From NCBI GenBank assembly GCA_032718475.1, contig JAUCBJ010006359.1, positions 25,571 through 89,570 on the forward strand: a stretch of 64,000 nt of DNA. Reading direction: 5' to 3'. Numbering within the stretch: the stretch's first letter is position 1; each line of letters opens with the position of its first letter. This stretch comes from Nemertoderma westbladi. Its lineage: Eukaryota; Animalia; Xenacoelomorpha. A model generated the notes under the pieces. The model was not told the DNA's origin and ran no database searches. It saw only the letters and a program-made list of their open reading frames with translations. Shown piece after piece: positions 48,901 through 59,184 of the stretch. A program made the position numbers and the translations under genes.

Positions 48901-51636
48901 CTTACAGAGTTCCTCTATTACTGACCTGGCCATACTAACGGTACCTCCGTATATCGAAGTTAAACGATCGTACGCTAGTTCGAAAGCGTCCGGTACACCG
49001 ACGAAAGTCTCCGCCAAACGTTTAGGTTCTCCTGACAACGTTTGGAGCAGGTAATTAAACTTCTCCCGTGATGTAAAGGCGCACACGGCGATCTGGGATT
49101 CGATATAGTCTACGAAAGTATGCCAGTGTTTTGAGCTACCGGAAAACTTCGGTGGTTGTTGTACCGGCAATCCCTGTCTGGCTGCGAATTTCGCTATCTC
49201 CTCTGCAACGTTCAGAGTTTCGCGTCCTTGGTTGGTAACCTGGTTGATGTTCTCCCTTCTGGGCGCTTTTCCCTGATACGATGTGGGGTTTGAAGGTACC
49301 GGTCTTTGTGGTACCTTCGGGTGTCTATTGTGTTCGAATTCGGTGTTCCTCGAACTATCGGTTTGAACTTCCTCCAGACGCTCCTCGATCTGAGCCAACT
49401 TGTTGACAACTGGTCGCAGGATGTCGGCGAACTGTTGTGTACTTATTGCGTCCGTTGGTTGTAACGCCTTCTGTGTTGGTGTATTCTGTGGAGGATTGTC
49501 TACAAAGGAGTTGTCTGAACGCTCGCGTTTATATCCATCGGCCGCCCCTGTTCTAAATACCTCGCGTTTCGGGTAATCCGATTCGCTCGAAGTACTACTA
49601 TCATCTGGATATGGTGGTCGACGTGCTCGCGTTCGTTGCGTCGTACGAATCCTAACATTTCGTTTCGGAACATCGTCTACTGATCTCCGTTGTTCGATAG
49701 GCTCACAAGTCTTCCTCGAAGTCGTAGATTGCGATGTAAACTGGTTGATCGGTCGCGTATCCACTAGTCTCCGTTGTTCGGTAGGCTCACAAGTCTTCCT
49801 CGAAGTCGTAGATTGCGATGTAAACTGGTTCGGTGGGCGAATGACAGCATTTGAAACAACTGGCCTTGTAGGTCGAAACGTCATTGGGTAAGCGTAGTGT
49901 GTAACAGGTTTAGGTGTCAAAGGTGGACTCACCTGTTTAGTTGTCAGTAGTGCAGGTCCAGTCAACAAACTACTACGATCTGTAATCGGCGGGTTACTTA
50001 CCTTGACTTTCGGAATAGGCGACGACGTTGCTCTTGGCGGTGTAAACTTGTCCGGGATAACAAACCTGTGTTCCGTCGCACCATGGATAGGAGAAATGTT
50101 ACTACTACCAGCAATCGAAACAGGTTCCTTAGTCGTAACAGGTGCAAACATAGGAGTTACCTGAGGGAATCTTTGACATAAGTCCTTAACTAATTGTCTT
50201 TCTCGTCCAGGTGCCCCTACCGAACCTTCCTTCATTCGTTCCTGGATTTGGCGGTGCCTTACCTCTAACTGGTCTAGATCGTGTCCATCTCGAGATCTCA
50301 TCGATCGATCGCGGGCTTGTAGATCCAGATCTTCCTTCGCGTTGGCTAATTCTCTCGCCTTCTTCCCGAGTTCGAAATGAAGTTTAACTTCCTTCTCGCG
50401 TTGTTCCGTCTGTTGTTGTTGCGCCTCGAGCTCCGCTTGTCTTATCGCTGATTGAGCCTTTATTTGCCGTCTTTTCATTTCAGCTCTTGCTTCCGAAACT
50501 CGCTTGTGTTCTTCCAACTCCGCTGCTAGTCGCTCTAGTTCCGCTGCTGCTGCTCGTCGCTCCGACTCAGCTGCTTGTCGTTCTAACTCAGCTGCTGCCG
50601 CTTGTTGCGCTAACTCAGCTGTCGCTGTTCGCTGTGCTATTTCTAGCTCCAACCTTTCCATCTCAGCTGCTTCCAACTCGGCTTGTTCTTGCAGATGAGA
50701 GATTCTTGCAACATTCGCAACGCGTAGTTTCTCTTCTTGCATCGCTGCTTGTGCCGTCAACAGTTGTGCTTGTTCCTCCGCTTCTCGTTGTTGTCTGTCG
50801 TGCTGTTGTTGCTGTCTGGAAATTTCTGACGTCACTATACTTATCTCGCCAATTTCGCTGCGAATACTCACTAACGATTGGTCCAGTATTCCCGGTGCCG
50901 ATGCGATTCGTACGGGTGAAGTTTCCCTCGTATATTCCGGCACGGTTTCCGAATCGCTGACGTCTTCGCCGCACATACGTAAGTGGTCCGTCAGATGTTT
51001 CAATTGTCCATCCAGTCGGTACAGTTCCTGTTCTTCCTCGGGCTGTAATAATTCGTCCGAAACTGACTCACCTAACAACTGGTCCGCTTGTTCCTGTTGT
51101 ATCTGTCTAATCGTCGACTTAAACTGAATCAGTTTCTCTCTAGCGATCATTAGTTTCTCGAGGATTCTAAGTTGAGTATCCATGTCCTGTCTCTGTCTAG
51201 CTAGATCTTGTAGACCAATTAGGTTATCGACGGACTTGTGTACTCTACTTTGTACTCTAACCTGGAGGGTGTAGAACTCGAATCGAGACATCGGAGCGGT
51301 CAACTCGTCTAATATGCGATGACCTTCTCCAATACTCCTGGTTATATGCGCCATGTAACCTCCGACGCTTCTAACCACACTTTCCTGGCTTCCTGCTGAA
51401 CTTACCATGTCCGTTTCCCTATATCTAGGTTGCGGAACAGTTAGAAAGTCCTCGGTCCTGCCGTCACCTCGTACTACGGCATCCGGTACTCCCGTTGGAT
51501 GTACTGGTGACGCACACGGTGTAGGTTCGGTAGGCTCGCGAGTCTTCCCCTGTTGTTCATCCGCTGCTGACTTATCCGCGTCACACGAGTCATAGTCGGT
51601 AGGTGTGTTCTTCGTATAGTCTTGTTTGTCACTCAT
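43000..51636 (-). CDS. BEL/Pao Gag-Pol polyprotein (2878 aa)
   Basis: Coiled-coil N-terminus; Cys/His knuckles (CWRCTRHGHVRKDC); protease ILDSAS; RT YLPHHYV, CDVEAMFHQV, FYVDD; RNase H FSDAS, PRAELQAA, WTDA; integrase H..H..CIIC, GIDCFGP, SDQGTNF, GGVWERLIRSIK. Confidence 0.96.
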   Translation of the reverse strand: MSDKQDYTKNTPTDYDSCDADKSAADEQQGKTREPTEPTPCASPVHPTGVPDAVVRGDGRTEDFLTVPQPRYRETDMVSSAGSQESVVRSVGGYMAHITRSIGEGHRILDELTAPMSRFEFYTLQVRVQSRVHKSVDNLIGLQDLARQRQDMDTQLRILEKLMIAREKLIQFKSTIRQIQQEQADQLLGESVSDELLQPEEEQELYRLDGQLKHLTDHLRMCGEDVSDSETVPEYTRETSPVRIASAPGILDQSLVSIRSEIGEISIVTSEISRQQQQHDRQQREAEEQAQLLTAQAAMQEEKLRVANVARISHLQEQAELEAAEMERLELEIAQRTATAELAQQAAAAELERQAAESERRAAAAELERLAAELEEHKRVSEARAEMKRRQIKAQSAIRQAELEAQQQQTEQREKEVKLHFELGKKARELANAKEDLDLQARDRSMRSRDGHDLDQLEVRHRQIQERMKEGSVGAPGRERQLVKDLCQRFPQVTPMFAPVTTKEPVSIAGSSNISPIHGATEHRFVIPDKFTPPRATSSPIPKVKVSNPPITDRSSLLTGPALLTTKQVSPPLTPKPVTHYAYPMTFRPTRPVVSNAVIRPPNQFTSQSTTSRKTCEPTEQRRLVDTRPINQFTSQSTTSRKTCEPIEQRRSVDDVPKRNVRIRTTQRTRARRPPYPDDSSTSSESDYPKREVFRTGAADGYKRERSDNSFVDNPPQNTPTQKALQPTDAISTQQFADILRPVVNKLAQIEERLEEVQTDSSRNTEFEHNRHPKVPQRPVPSNPTSYQGKAPRRENINQVTNQGRETLNVAEEIAKFAARQGLPVQQPPKFSGSSKHWHTFVDYIESQIAVCAFTSREKFNYLLQTLSGEPKRLAETFVGVPDAFELAYDRLTSIYGGTVSMARSVIEELCKGGAITKPVDLLKLADEIKNAITTLRSIGQLDYGNTPTVLLKIIGRLHHRLRREWRKVEYQREERGGFLKLEDVYLLISREAVVETRSNYTDQHIVAEGITLPSSNRQKPQTTSTKTATYATPTESRQFSDGNRVSAPIGTKQTRQQLSIDFNGCQYCEHLGKRYIGHKLRGCRQFRELNSEERRLQIRPLDSCWRCTRHGHVRKDCPNTDTCPSCGRNHDGLLHTDSHTPTKRFAREHPEAAARCDAAYRKRESKTTPTFVTHIEDCFSEQSGSSDEESEDDDEYSNGDEQPSIALLTTDQLKGFSVIPIKITGTKGSKRIYAILDSASSHSYVDEKIADVVTDLKQGKHVSYTVSSMHGQRAIPVTRVKLDLDSLLPKSQHSERERSLLPFRDLTFAATKDFSNLLGPVPEQSLEDRKYFRHLGVPECPVNYRSVAMLIGTDQFNLHQVWETRPSAVVAGNAYACRTPIGWYTRAPVRTLDISDEEDVQSTCSLLTTNSIHSFSHDVNHTTLQSTKRDRRVTSMISHKEQLIHKVSLELGEKTSQLEIPSTTDDRLASLPTPTTSTMPVDIDDDALRNHQLEQAALDKELTEKTIRWLEQDTAEPGSYEPCMSEQEKQSLKIMEDTIHQTKDGHYEVGMLWRSQSPKLINNYPLALRRLHSIRQRLLKDEKAHLQYNTQMETYLTKGYAIRMTNPERVTDQTYYLPHHYVRHPDKPDKVRVVNDCAALFEGMSLNSELMDGPNMNNYLMGVIMRFRQRQVAFTCDVEAMFHQVKALERDRDSLRFLWYPEGDLSLPPATYQMQVRVFGARDSPNCTMYALKQAARDQKHLYDPEIIRIVERDFYVDDGLQSCDTVERATTVAHQLRDCLAGGGFNLTKFASNSAELVDSFGTTERGGGDIDLEFEPLPTTKVLGLFWDPNTDNFRVKVRLDSQGNTLTKRSCLSKLSRLFDPLGFISPVILQARIYMRSIWKDGLTWDEPISSDQVDLWKTWEAELSSLEDYSIPRVYFPLQSTFPDNLELHCFSDASDNGFGVAAYLRRQVESDEFDVSLITSKAKTMPTKYMTTPRAELQAATLSTTIVNLIQTELQSSLQIFYWTDATLVLFYINNDTLEFKTFVANRRAEILDRSIKEDWRHCPGPQNPADIASRGMMPEEFCKPENKEFWQHGPQFLQKSTQDWPPLYDNKSNTIPKDAEIKKPKKGKTKKKTTAAKLKKKPKAKWKDITSKVKRGRLASLSTPDISPDGQPDMLLDSQPDILPDISQNVLPDTSNVLTNSEAAVSLLERPSIDKLPDTLPDVSPDTLLDSRLNTSNVLTNSEAAVSLLERPSIDKLPILTHLSNHKHGETSCITDVGSTYANVNTGVTLRSRDIPNLQPMVKPGINVGRKLSLPKPADPIEFKPPLTIDLQSTDNQGKKTKKDKLLVDPDGSTVNKGIPTGGPVGPSSKSKPSKFSIDLPDDVTNTYVDRIVNLTDSWTNACRKLAWIVRFVQYVKGKHDFTRRLTLAEIDRCEIILIRHYQLRYFAREFTSINQGQPIKSSPILSWSPIIYNGLLCHKSRLQNIDFNTNFRYPIIIPQHHELQRAMILDAHLHLKHAGRHHCLSYLRTRFVLIRPSKALSSVTRTCIICKKVHSRIGTQEMSELPQARLQAFRPPFTETGIDCFGPIHTKRGRILVKRWGLIFTCMSSRAVHIERVMDLSTNAFILALRRFIARRGLVKCLYSDQGTNFVGARNEIARAFKKLDHDQISNELQPHKIVWKFNPPDSPWRGGVWERLIRSIKTAMAKVIPVNHILTDDQLTTLFVEIEAILNTRPIVLVPDDKQSQFALTPAHLLMQAPTTLTPISIPIESDSYGRKAWKITQLLANKFWEIWQNHYLPSISARTNWYNNTRALKPGDHVLLAEVNLKRRFWITGVILATHPSMDGVTRTVTVRTIDGRTVDRPTQRLVLLEETRNESGDYKSPTSISK

Positions 51637-51720
51637 TTCGGTAGTTGTAAGTCAAGTAGAGTGAGTGTCAAAGTATCGAGTTTACCGTATTTATATCTAA
51701 ACGGTACTAATTACAGTCTT

Positions 51721-51844
51721 ATAAAATTAGCCTACCGGCCGATTTTATAGCAGATGGATAAAATTAGCCTAAACGGCCAATTTTACAGCAAATAAATGTC
51801 ACGGAATAAGTATATAATAAAATTAGCCTAGCGGCCAATTTTAT
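51721..51844 (-). promoter_or_regulatory. Three repeated RNA hairpins in the 5' leader just upstream of gag
   Basis: 51721-51748, 51758-51786 and 51817-51844 each read AUAAAAUUGGCC-loop-GGCUAAUUUUAU (with small variants) on the sense strand. Confidence 0.7.
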
Positions 51845-53469
51845 AACAAATAAATCGGATAACGATATGCGTTATCAAAAGGTAAATTAAATACAATAAT
51901 ACGGACTAATTCAGCAATGAACAAAGAAATCATACGGAATGCATAAATACTTGAGACAGTGGAACCCACAATAATTTTTAACTAATACGGTAATGCCTAA
52001 CTTATTTATGCAACTTTTCGAACTCACCCACTCCAATAATTCTCCAGAAAAACAGATTCCCAGATACAAACCGGACGTGAACCTTTCCGTTTTTAACGTT
52101 GCGGACGAAACGCGATTTTCCCAACCAAAGTTGTTGAGTTATCTATCTCCCAAACTTGCTAAACACGGTCTTGCTCCCGTTACAGTCTAGAAATGAGTTC
52201 TGAATCCTGAAAAACAAAAGAGTTAGGTTTTACTTTTACGAAAAATTTTTGTACCGGTACAATATGGTATTTAAACCCTTTTAAACACCGGTATTCAATT
52301 CCAAAATATTTTACACGCGGTTCAAATCAAATTTTATTTCAAAAAATTAGCACTTAGCTAATCAAATACAAATTTTACCTCAAAATATAAAATTTTCAAA
52401 TAACTTTAGTCCTACCGAACCGTAGTTCAGTAAAACACATTCCTACTATTGGAAGAGACGGTAACAATACCTGCAATATCCTACTGTAAAGTTTGTAAAT
52501 CAAATCATAAATCCGACCTTCTCACCAAAACAGTAAACTCTAAGTAAACGAATATATTGCAGTATCGATCTCTTATAACCGGTGAGGCAGAAAACAGTCT
52601 ACGAGCAGACAAACTTCGATAAAACAAATCCCGCGCAGCGAATCCTAAAATCAGGCTGACTCACTGACGGACTAAGGGGCTCGTACACTTTGCCGCGGTG
52701 TGATTTATATGGTTGGGCAAAGAGACGCTAGCTAGGTACAGGCAGAGATTTGGAGATGTCTAACTAGCGGGCAAAGCACAGTACGGACAAAGTTAATTTT
52801 ATATATTTCGAGGTGTAAATAATTTCTAACGCGCGTGTGTTAATTCTGAACGGTCAAAACAGTTTTGCTCCTTCACATATATAATTACTGGGTACGGTGT
52901 GCATTTTACGAATATTCTAATTTTGTAACTTGTAGGTCCAATACTCACGAATGATAAGGTTCCTTCCCCTCTTGCGTATTTCCAGGACTCAAATTCAGGC
53001 ATAAGGTTAATACTACGCCCAGAATTCGGCAATTTTAGGTACCAGGTCCCTGATACTAAGAAGAGATGTGTTAGTTTACTACTGTAGGCGTACGGGTACT
53101 AATAGCTATCCTGGCTCCTATCTAGAATTTTAGTCACCCAGGTAGTCCGGGTAACTTCCTATTAGGGCGTTGGCGGGGACACGGTAGATGTTAGTATATC
53201 CCTGATAGCCTCAATTTATTTGCGCCTAGTGTTAACTGCCCTACCGCCTGAACGGTACAATCCCAATTCAGGTGAAAACACAGCAACCCCCTAGCCTACA
53301 AGTTCTAATGCAATGGACACCGTTGCACGGCAAATAGTCGCACACACACCTGTACTTAGCAAGAGTTAAGCGTACAGTTTGCTGCACCCTAACCAATGTG
53401 TATGCCTTGTACCGGTGTGCCTACGTCCTATCTGCGTACTAGTATCTGCCTGTGCTCTCCCTCCCCCCG

Positions 53470-54347
53470 TAGGAATGTGAAGGTCTACTGTGGGTTTTCC
53501 TGAATCAAGACAGTACAGTCCCTATGATGTAATTTTGGGCTTACAGCGTGTCACTACGTCTACCTTTTGATCTTTTGGTCTTATACTTAGGTAGCAAGGA
53601 TCGAACGCTGTCTAACCTTTCAGGCGATGGGCGAATAACTCTAGATGGTATTGCGGGTTGTCTCTCGTCTACATTCCCGTGATGTTCCCGTTCATTGCTG
53701 CGGCCCGATCTCTAGCCGGCCATCCTGTCCCTGAGTTTGTTCACCGTAGTGAATCCATAGTAAAACAGATAGAAAAGCTGAGAGAATATTCTGACTTTAT
53801 TACAGAAGATACAATTATAATACAATGTAATCTGAGAATAAACTAAGCACGACAGAATATTGATAAGATAATCTGAGAAAGATTGAGATATAAGATATAG
53901 TGTGTAGATAACTAATGAACAAATCGCACCTTTATATACTAAATTTGTGCCGCAATCAATCGAGAAAATTCTCGATTGTTCTATGGGTTCTAACAAGGTT
54001 TTAAAGATAGCTATTGGTCCAGCTAATATATAACTTGCACGACATTGGTTACAATCAAATAACTACAGCCTCATTGGTACAGACAAATGCAATTAATTTG
54101 TAGCGGTTAATTTAAACGAGTTGAAATTCTGTACAAAAAATAATTCGCACTTACTAGGATTCGAACTCGATACCTACTACACATATAATTTCCAACGCTC
54201 TACCAACTGAGCTACTGAACCACTTGACCGATAGATGTACAAATGATAGAACCAATACGAATGAGAACTCAAAGCAATCTTTACAAAGTTAATCCGAATA
54301 AAATAAAATTTTGAAAATCCACGGCATTTAGGGAATATAATTCTATA
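53470..54347 (-). repeat. 5' LTR (contains the second tRNA-like unit at 54135-54221)
   Basis: Direct repeat of 38926-39803. Confidence 0.9.
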
Positions 54348-54797
54348 AATTACGTTTTATATTGGTTTTAGGTTAGCATAGTGTAATATTGTATTTGTAA
54401 CCAAGTAACATAAAAGGACGACCTTGGAAATAAGCAGCAAAGCTTTAGGGGTAAACCTATATGCTACAGTATGTTGGACAATACCTATATGCATTATTTG
54501 GTGCATCTGTTATTGATTTTTACATGTATAAATAAATCTATCCATTTGTCTTATTCATTTGTTTTATATGGGACGCCAATTTAGATGTAAAATGTTTACA
54601 ATGTGCCAACTATAAATATGTGAACAATTTGCCAATTTCGTGAATAAAAGACTACATAACGCCGGTATGTATGTAAAATAGTTCTATTTCGCCAAAAGTG
54701 ACGATAGCCAATATGATCTTATTGTGTGGTTCTGCTTAGGTTCTGGATACGACATGGTTCATTGTGTGTCTTTGAGGAATGATTCTGTTTTGCGTTA

Positions 54798-55075
54798 TAA
54801 AGTAAAGTAAAGTAAAAAAAGTAAATTTCTTCGGCCGCTTGGCCAGGGATTACGCACAAAGTCTGATTTCCAGTGCGGTCCCCCCAGAACTTAACTCCCC
54901 AGAGGAAACTCTAGTACTCGTTTAGCTACCACTTAAGGATGCAAGGCATAGATGAGCCCTGGCTGGTCCCTTTAAAGCATTCGTGCCGAAACAAAAACTG
55001 CTCTGGCCCATGTAAGGATCGAAACCACGACCTACAGGAGATGTGAATTCAATGCAACTACTACACCAAGGTGGA
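54798..55075 (-). mobile_element. tRNA-derived SINE
   Basis: B box GGTTTCGATCC (55016-55026), ~280-bp body and (TTTAC)n tail at ~54798-54826. Confidence 0.6.
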
Positions 55076-56864
55076 ACCTAATGTGGTTGAGTATTTTAGT
55101 CAGCACAGACTCGTCTTCATTACAACTATCATTGCACTCGTTTAATAAGTCTGCGTTCACCAAAATAAATGGGCTGGTCCAGACCGACCCCAATAAGCTA
55201 AACTTGGTGAATGCAATCACTGATCAGCCGACGGCAGCCATCTGATCGGTAGGTTTCTCCTCACGATTGAAGGCATTCTCAAGAGGCAGGCCAAGAGATG
55301 ACATTAAGAGTGGAGCCGCAAAGGGGATGGAACGGCTGATGAAACGAACATATGTGTGAACAGTAAACATCCACTGGGAAGCAGCACCGAAAACTTGCGC
55401 CAATTACGTTTCAGCATTCAAGTATTGGTATGGCTGTATGGTATGACGGACTGTTGAATGTCTAGGTACGCCCTACAAGTAATAATGACAAGGTTTTAAT
55501 GTGGTTCATGTTAAGGTTAGGATAAAGGTTCGTGTTATGCGGTCAGACAATTTTAATGATGGGGGTTTTTTCAATTTTAATGACCGGTTTTTTTAATTTA
55601 AATGATAGGGGTTTATTTATGACATATATATATGAGATTACACCTGACTTCCCCTACATGTAGCGGACTATAACTATTTTACCTTCCCTTGTTTGAATGT
55701 CATGTTTAAATCAAAATCGGTAATTCCCCCCCAGCCCCCCCCCCCCCCCCCCCCCCCGACAAGAAACAACCAGATAATAGTTTCAAAACATAAACACAAC
55801 AAAATGTAATATCATGTCTAATAGCACAACAAATATTCATATTATGGCGTTAAGATGACATGTCTACCAAACGCCATTATATCCCGCAGAACGCCCTCAT
55901 CTTATATAAACAGGTCGCAAAAGCGCCAATAAACATATTTCGACATGGCGTATTTGTTAAGCGCATCTATACACATCTAGCACATCTATATATATATACT
56001 AGAAGGAGTTCTAGTAAGCAAGCTCGCTCAACATTATAGGTTTTATGACTTGAGGTTAGGGTTACATGACAGTTTTAATTATGGTTTGGGCCTGACCAAC
56101 TAACCCTAACAAAAAAATAAAACAAATAACTCCAAGTTAAAGTGCTGGCTAGGCATACTGCAGTACTGCAGTATTACTATACTTAAGTCTATGGGGAGGG
56201 GGGGGGGGGCATTTCGCGGGGGTGGGGGGCATATTCGCCTAGGACACGTACAGTATTTCCATTTAATTGGTTTCCATAATAAGACATTATAATTAATCAA
56301 ATATAAGTCACAAATCACAACAATTCAATTATAATAATATTATAGGCCTACAATACGTTTCAACAGAACAGATAAAAATATAATGCCAACAAAAACAATC
56401 GAATACAAAGGTATTATAGAATTTATAATATTTTATTTATGGCTTGAAGAGGCTATGTAAATATACCATCAAGCACTGTGACTTTGATGTTAGAATGACC
56501 TAAGGATACCAACTGGATATATAGCTAGTTATTTAATTAATATCAATATAAAATTGAGTATGGACATTTTTTTGAACAATTTTCCGGGTCTAATTAGTTG
56601 TTTGTTGGGGCTCTTATGGGTATTATACCAATTTGGGTCTTACAGACTAATTTCAATAAAATTATCTATCAGAACCGTATATCTATGGCAAAAAAACCTT
56701 TATAAAAAAGTTATTTATTTTTGATAAACCGCATTCAGTAATTATATTCTACAAAGTAACCAACATCGCATACTGGACTGCAAACTGTTACAACATATTA
56801 TATTCGTACATAACAGCAAAAGAACCATTTAGACAAATAAAACAATAACCTATTAAATCGCAAT

Positions 56865-57142
56865 TTATTCTGAGTCATAATAATGCTCGGCCTCGTTTTT
56901 TAGGTCGAGGACCATTTTCCCGACCGCGAGCATGAACTTCCTTCGCTCTGCCCTGCCCAACCTTGCCTTGTCATCGGCCCAACCTAAGAATTCCTTTTTT
57001 ATCAGGGTATTGTTGTCGCTCTCTGTAACAGAAGCATCTGACGGTGGTTTACTGTACCAGGGGAACGACAAAGTGCTTTCCTGTCTCTTTATTGTAACTG
57101 TCCTACTTTTCTTTATCTCGACCTTCAAGATTCCCTGTATTT
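56865..57142 (-). CDS. Probable terminal exon of the OB-fold gene
   Basis: TTTGATAG| acceptor; phase-1 join to exon 57671-57909 gives ..TYK-Q-IQGILK..YYDSE*. Confidence 0.45.
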
Positions 57143-57670
57143 CTATCAAATAAATAACAGATTTTTGTTTGTGGTGCGAAATCAAGCAAATGGCCATCGA
57201 ATAGTTATCATTCCGAAATTGAGTGTGTTTGTGTGTTTTGTGATTTTATTTCTGTAGTTTTTAATTATTAATTCACTATAGTAAATCGTAGTTACCTACA
57301 TATGAACGCCAGGCAAAATGCACAACTTATTAAAAAAAAATATATATATATAATTTAAAAAAAAGAGGAGCATAAATCCAGCCCTTTATAGCAATGTGAG
57401 ATGCAACAACTTCGCGTACAAATTTTAAAAATGATTGAAAAACTAAATAAAACAAATTTCTATATCATACGGCCTTTTCGTGTATTAGCACACGTCTTCT
57501 GTGATAATTAATAACAAGTACTACTAGTTATTACTATAGTACTACTAGTACTGTATTGACATGGAGAAGTACCTGACACACTTGACACTGTAATCACACT
57601 TGCTGGAGGACGTTTAATTTACATTAGAGATATTATAGTAGTTAGTGCACATTATTTGTTAAGAACTTAC

Positions 57671-57909
57671 GTTTATATGTTGAATCATCAATCACCTCCA
57701 ACTGTTTTACTTCGTGAAAACTACTGACTTTCATGTTATCAAGTACAACATAATCTCCCTCGTTGAAGATAAACTTATCGATTCTTGCATTAAACATCGA
57801 AACGGTAACGTATCCGGACTTCTCAGATACCTTCACACACCATAACTTATACACTTTTTTTCCACTGGTCCCCCCACGTCGGTAATTGATATTACTCGTA
57901 CACTGCAAT
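57671..57909 (-). CDS. OB-fold (RPA/SSB-like) exon
   Basis: VKVSEKSGYVTVSMFN..FNEGDYVVLDNMKVSSFHEVKQLEV pattern; TTGTTGCAG| and |GTAAGT boundaries. Confidence 0.6.
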
Positions 57910-58299
57910 CTGCAACAACAAAAAATCATATGACTGCTAATTTAAATGTATCAGAGTCCAAAAAAGTGTTTTAAAACAATAAATTATATATATATATAAA
58001 TGTTCAAGTATATGATTATAATAAATGAGTAAATTTTCAAGCAAGCCAGAAGTCTCCTCTTGCGATAGCTGCTACTCGAAGGTAGGAGTGGGTGCTACTC
58101 CTATCCCAAGTTTTGCTCCAAATAATTCTACTGGTCGTTATTTTATCGACTGTTGTGAATAAAAGGCTGAGTGGAACCTGGTGGGGCTCGAACCTACAAC
58201 CAATAGATTGTAAGCTAATTTAATTGTAAGCTAGTTAATAGATAATCAATTGAGACAATTTAACTAATCAGTATTAAATCGTTATAAAATATTCTCACC

Positions 58300-59000
58300 T
58301 GATGAACCTGCGGATTGAGCCAGAAACGTAATCTCCAATAGGAAAAACCAGATTGGAAGCAATCGGATCCAGTCTGGCACCTCAACAACATCAAGATCAC
58401 CATCACCCAACTGGTCAAGGAAACGGTTGAAGCTTAATTTAATATACAGTCCTACCGCTAGAGAAAAAAAACGGTTGAATTCGACCGCTAGAGAAAAAAA
58501 ACGGTTGAATTCGTTAAGCTCGGAATTAACACCAACTCTCATTTTCCTGGTGAGAGATAACTCATTGAATTGACTCCAAAGGGTTGATCAATGCAAAGAG
58601 GCATCAACATCTGAACACCTTGATCCATGTGGAATGATAAGTAAAAGTTGGTGGAAATCACGAGAAAGAATTAACACTTTCCCATCAAATGGAGCTTCAG
58701 TGCGCTGCTAAGTCTTTTTTCATTCTAAGTGATGTCTGTGCATCATTGGTGCCCCATCCCATACAGCAATCACCTTCAAAGTTGCATCGTTCGCAGTCAT
58801 GCTGAATGTTTCATTATCGGAATGTTGCAGTGGAACATGAAACCTTGAATGGAATGTGCGACCCAGAGTGAGTAGAGCTGATGCAATTCCGCTGGAGGCT
58901 GTGGCAAGAGCTATTTGTTTCTCACCAAACAGAGTGCGAGCCGCAGCTAATATAGTGTTCAATAGGAAAGTCTTACCGCAGCCACACAGGCATTCAGGAA
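58300..59000 (-). pseudogene. Degenerate PIF1-family helicase, Helitron RepHel-type
   Basis: GCGKTFLLN, ATASSGIASALL..GRTFHSRF, VWDGAPM, FDGK..DFHQLL, ENMRV, FLDQLGDG; frameshifts and stops. Confidence 0.8.
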
Positions 59001-59184
59001 AACGAGCAAAGAATTTCCTAAACAAAACAAAAATTATTTTAGTACCATTCTACATATTTTATATTTAATTTAATTACCTTAAGAGTAGGGATGTGCCGGA
59101 TTGACCATTTTCAAATGCGAAATTTGGCAAACATCGAGATTTTTGCGAAGATTGTGAAAATCACGAAATTTCGCAAATGTCACG

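Larger units (their letters stand above)
38926..54347 (-). mobile_element. Full-length BEL/Pao LTR retrotransposon with an extra 3' ORF
   Basis: Two 878-bp direct repeats (offset 14544) bracket an intact 2878-aa gag-PR-RT-RH-IN ORF. Confidence 0.95.

Noticed and set aside
40446-51595. Plus-strand ORFs antisense to gag-pol and the accessory ORF
   Set aside because: Short shadow ORFs with no recognisable motifs.
55260-55400. RTE LINE 3' end (RGRPRDDI)
   Set aside because: Too short and degenerate to call.
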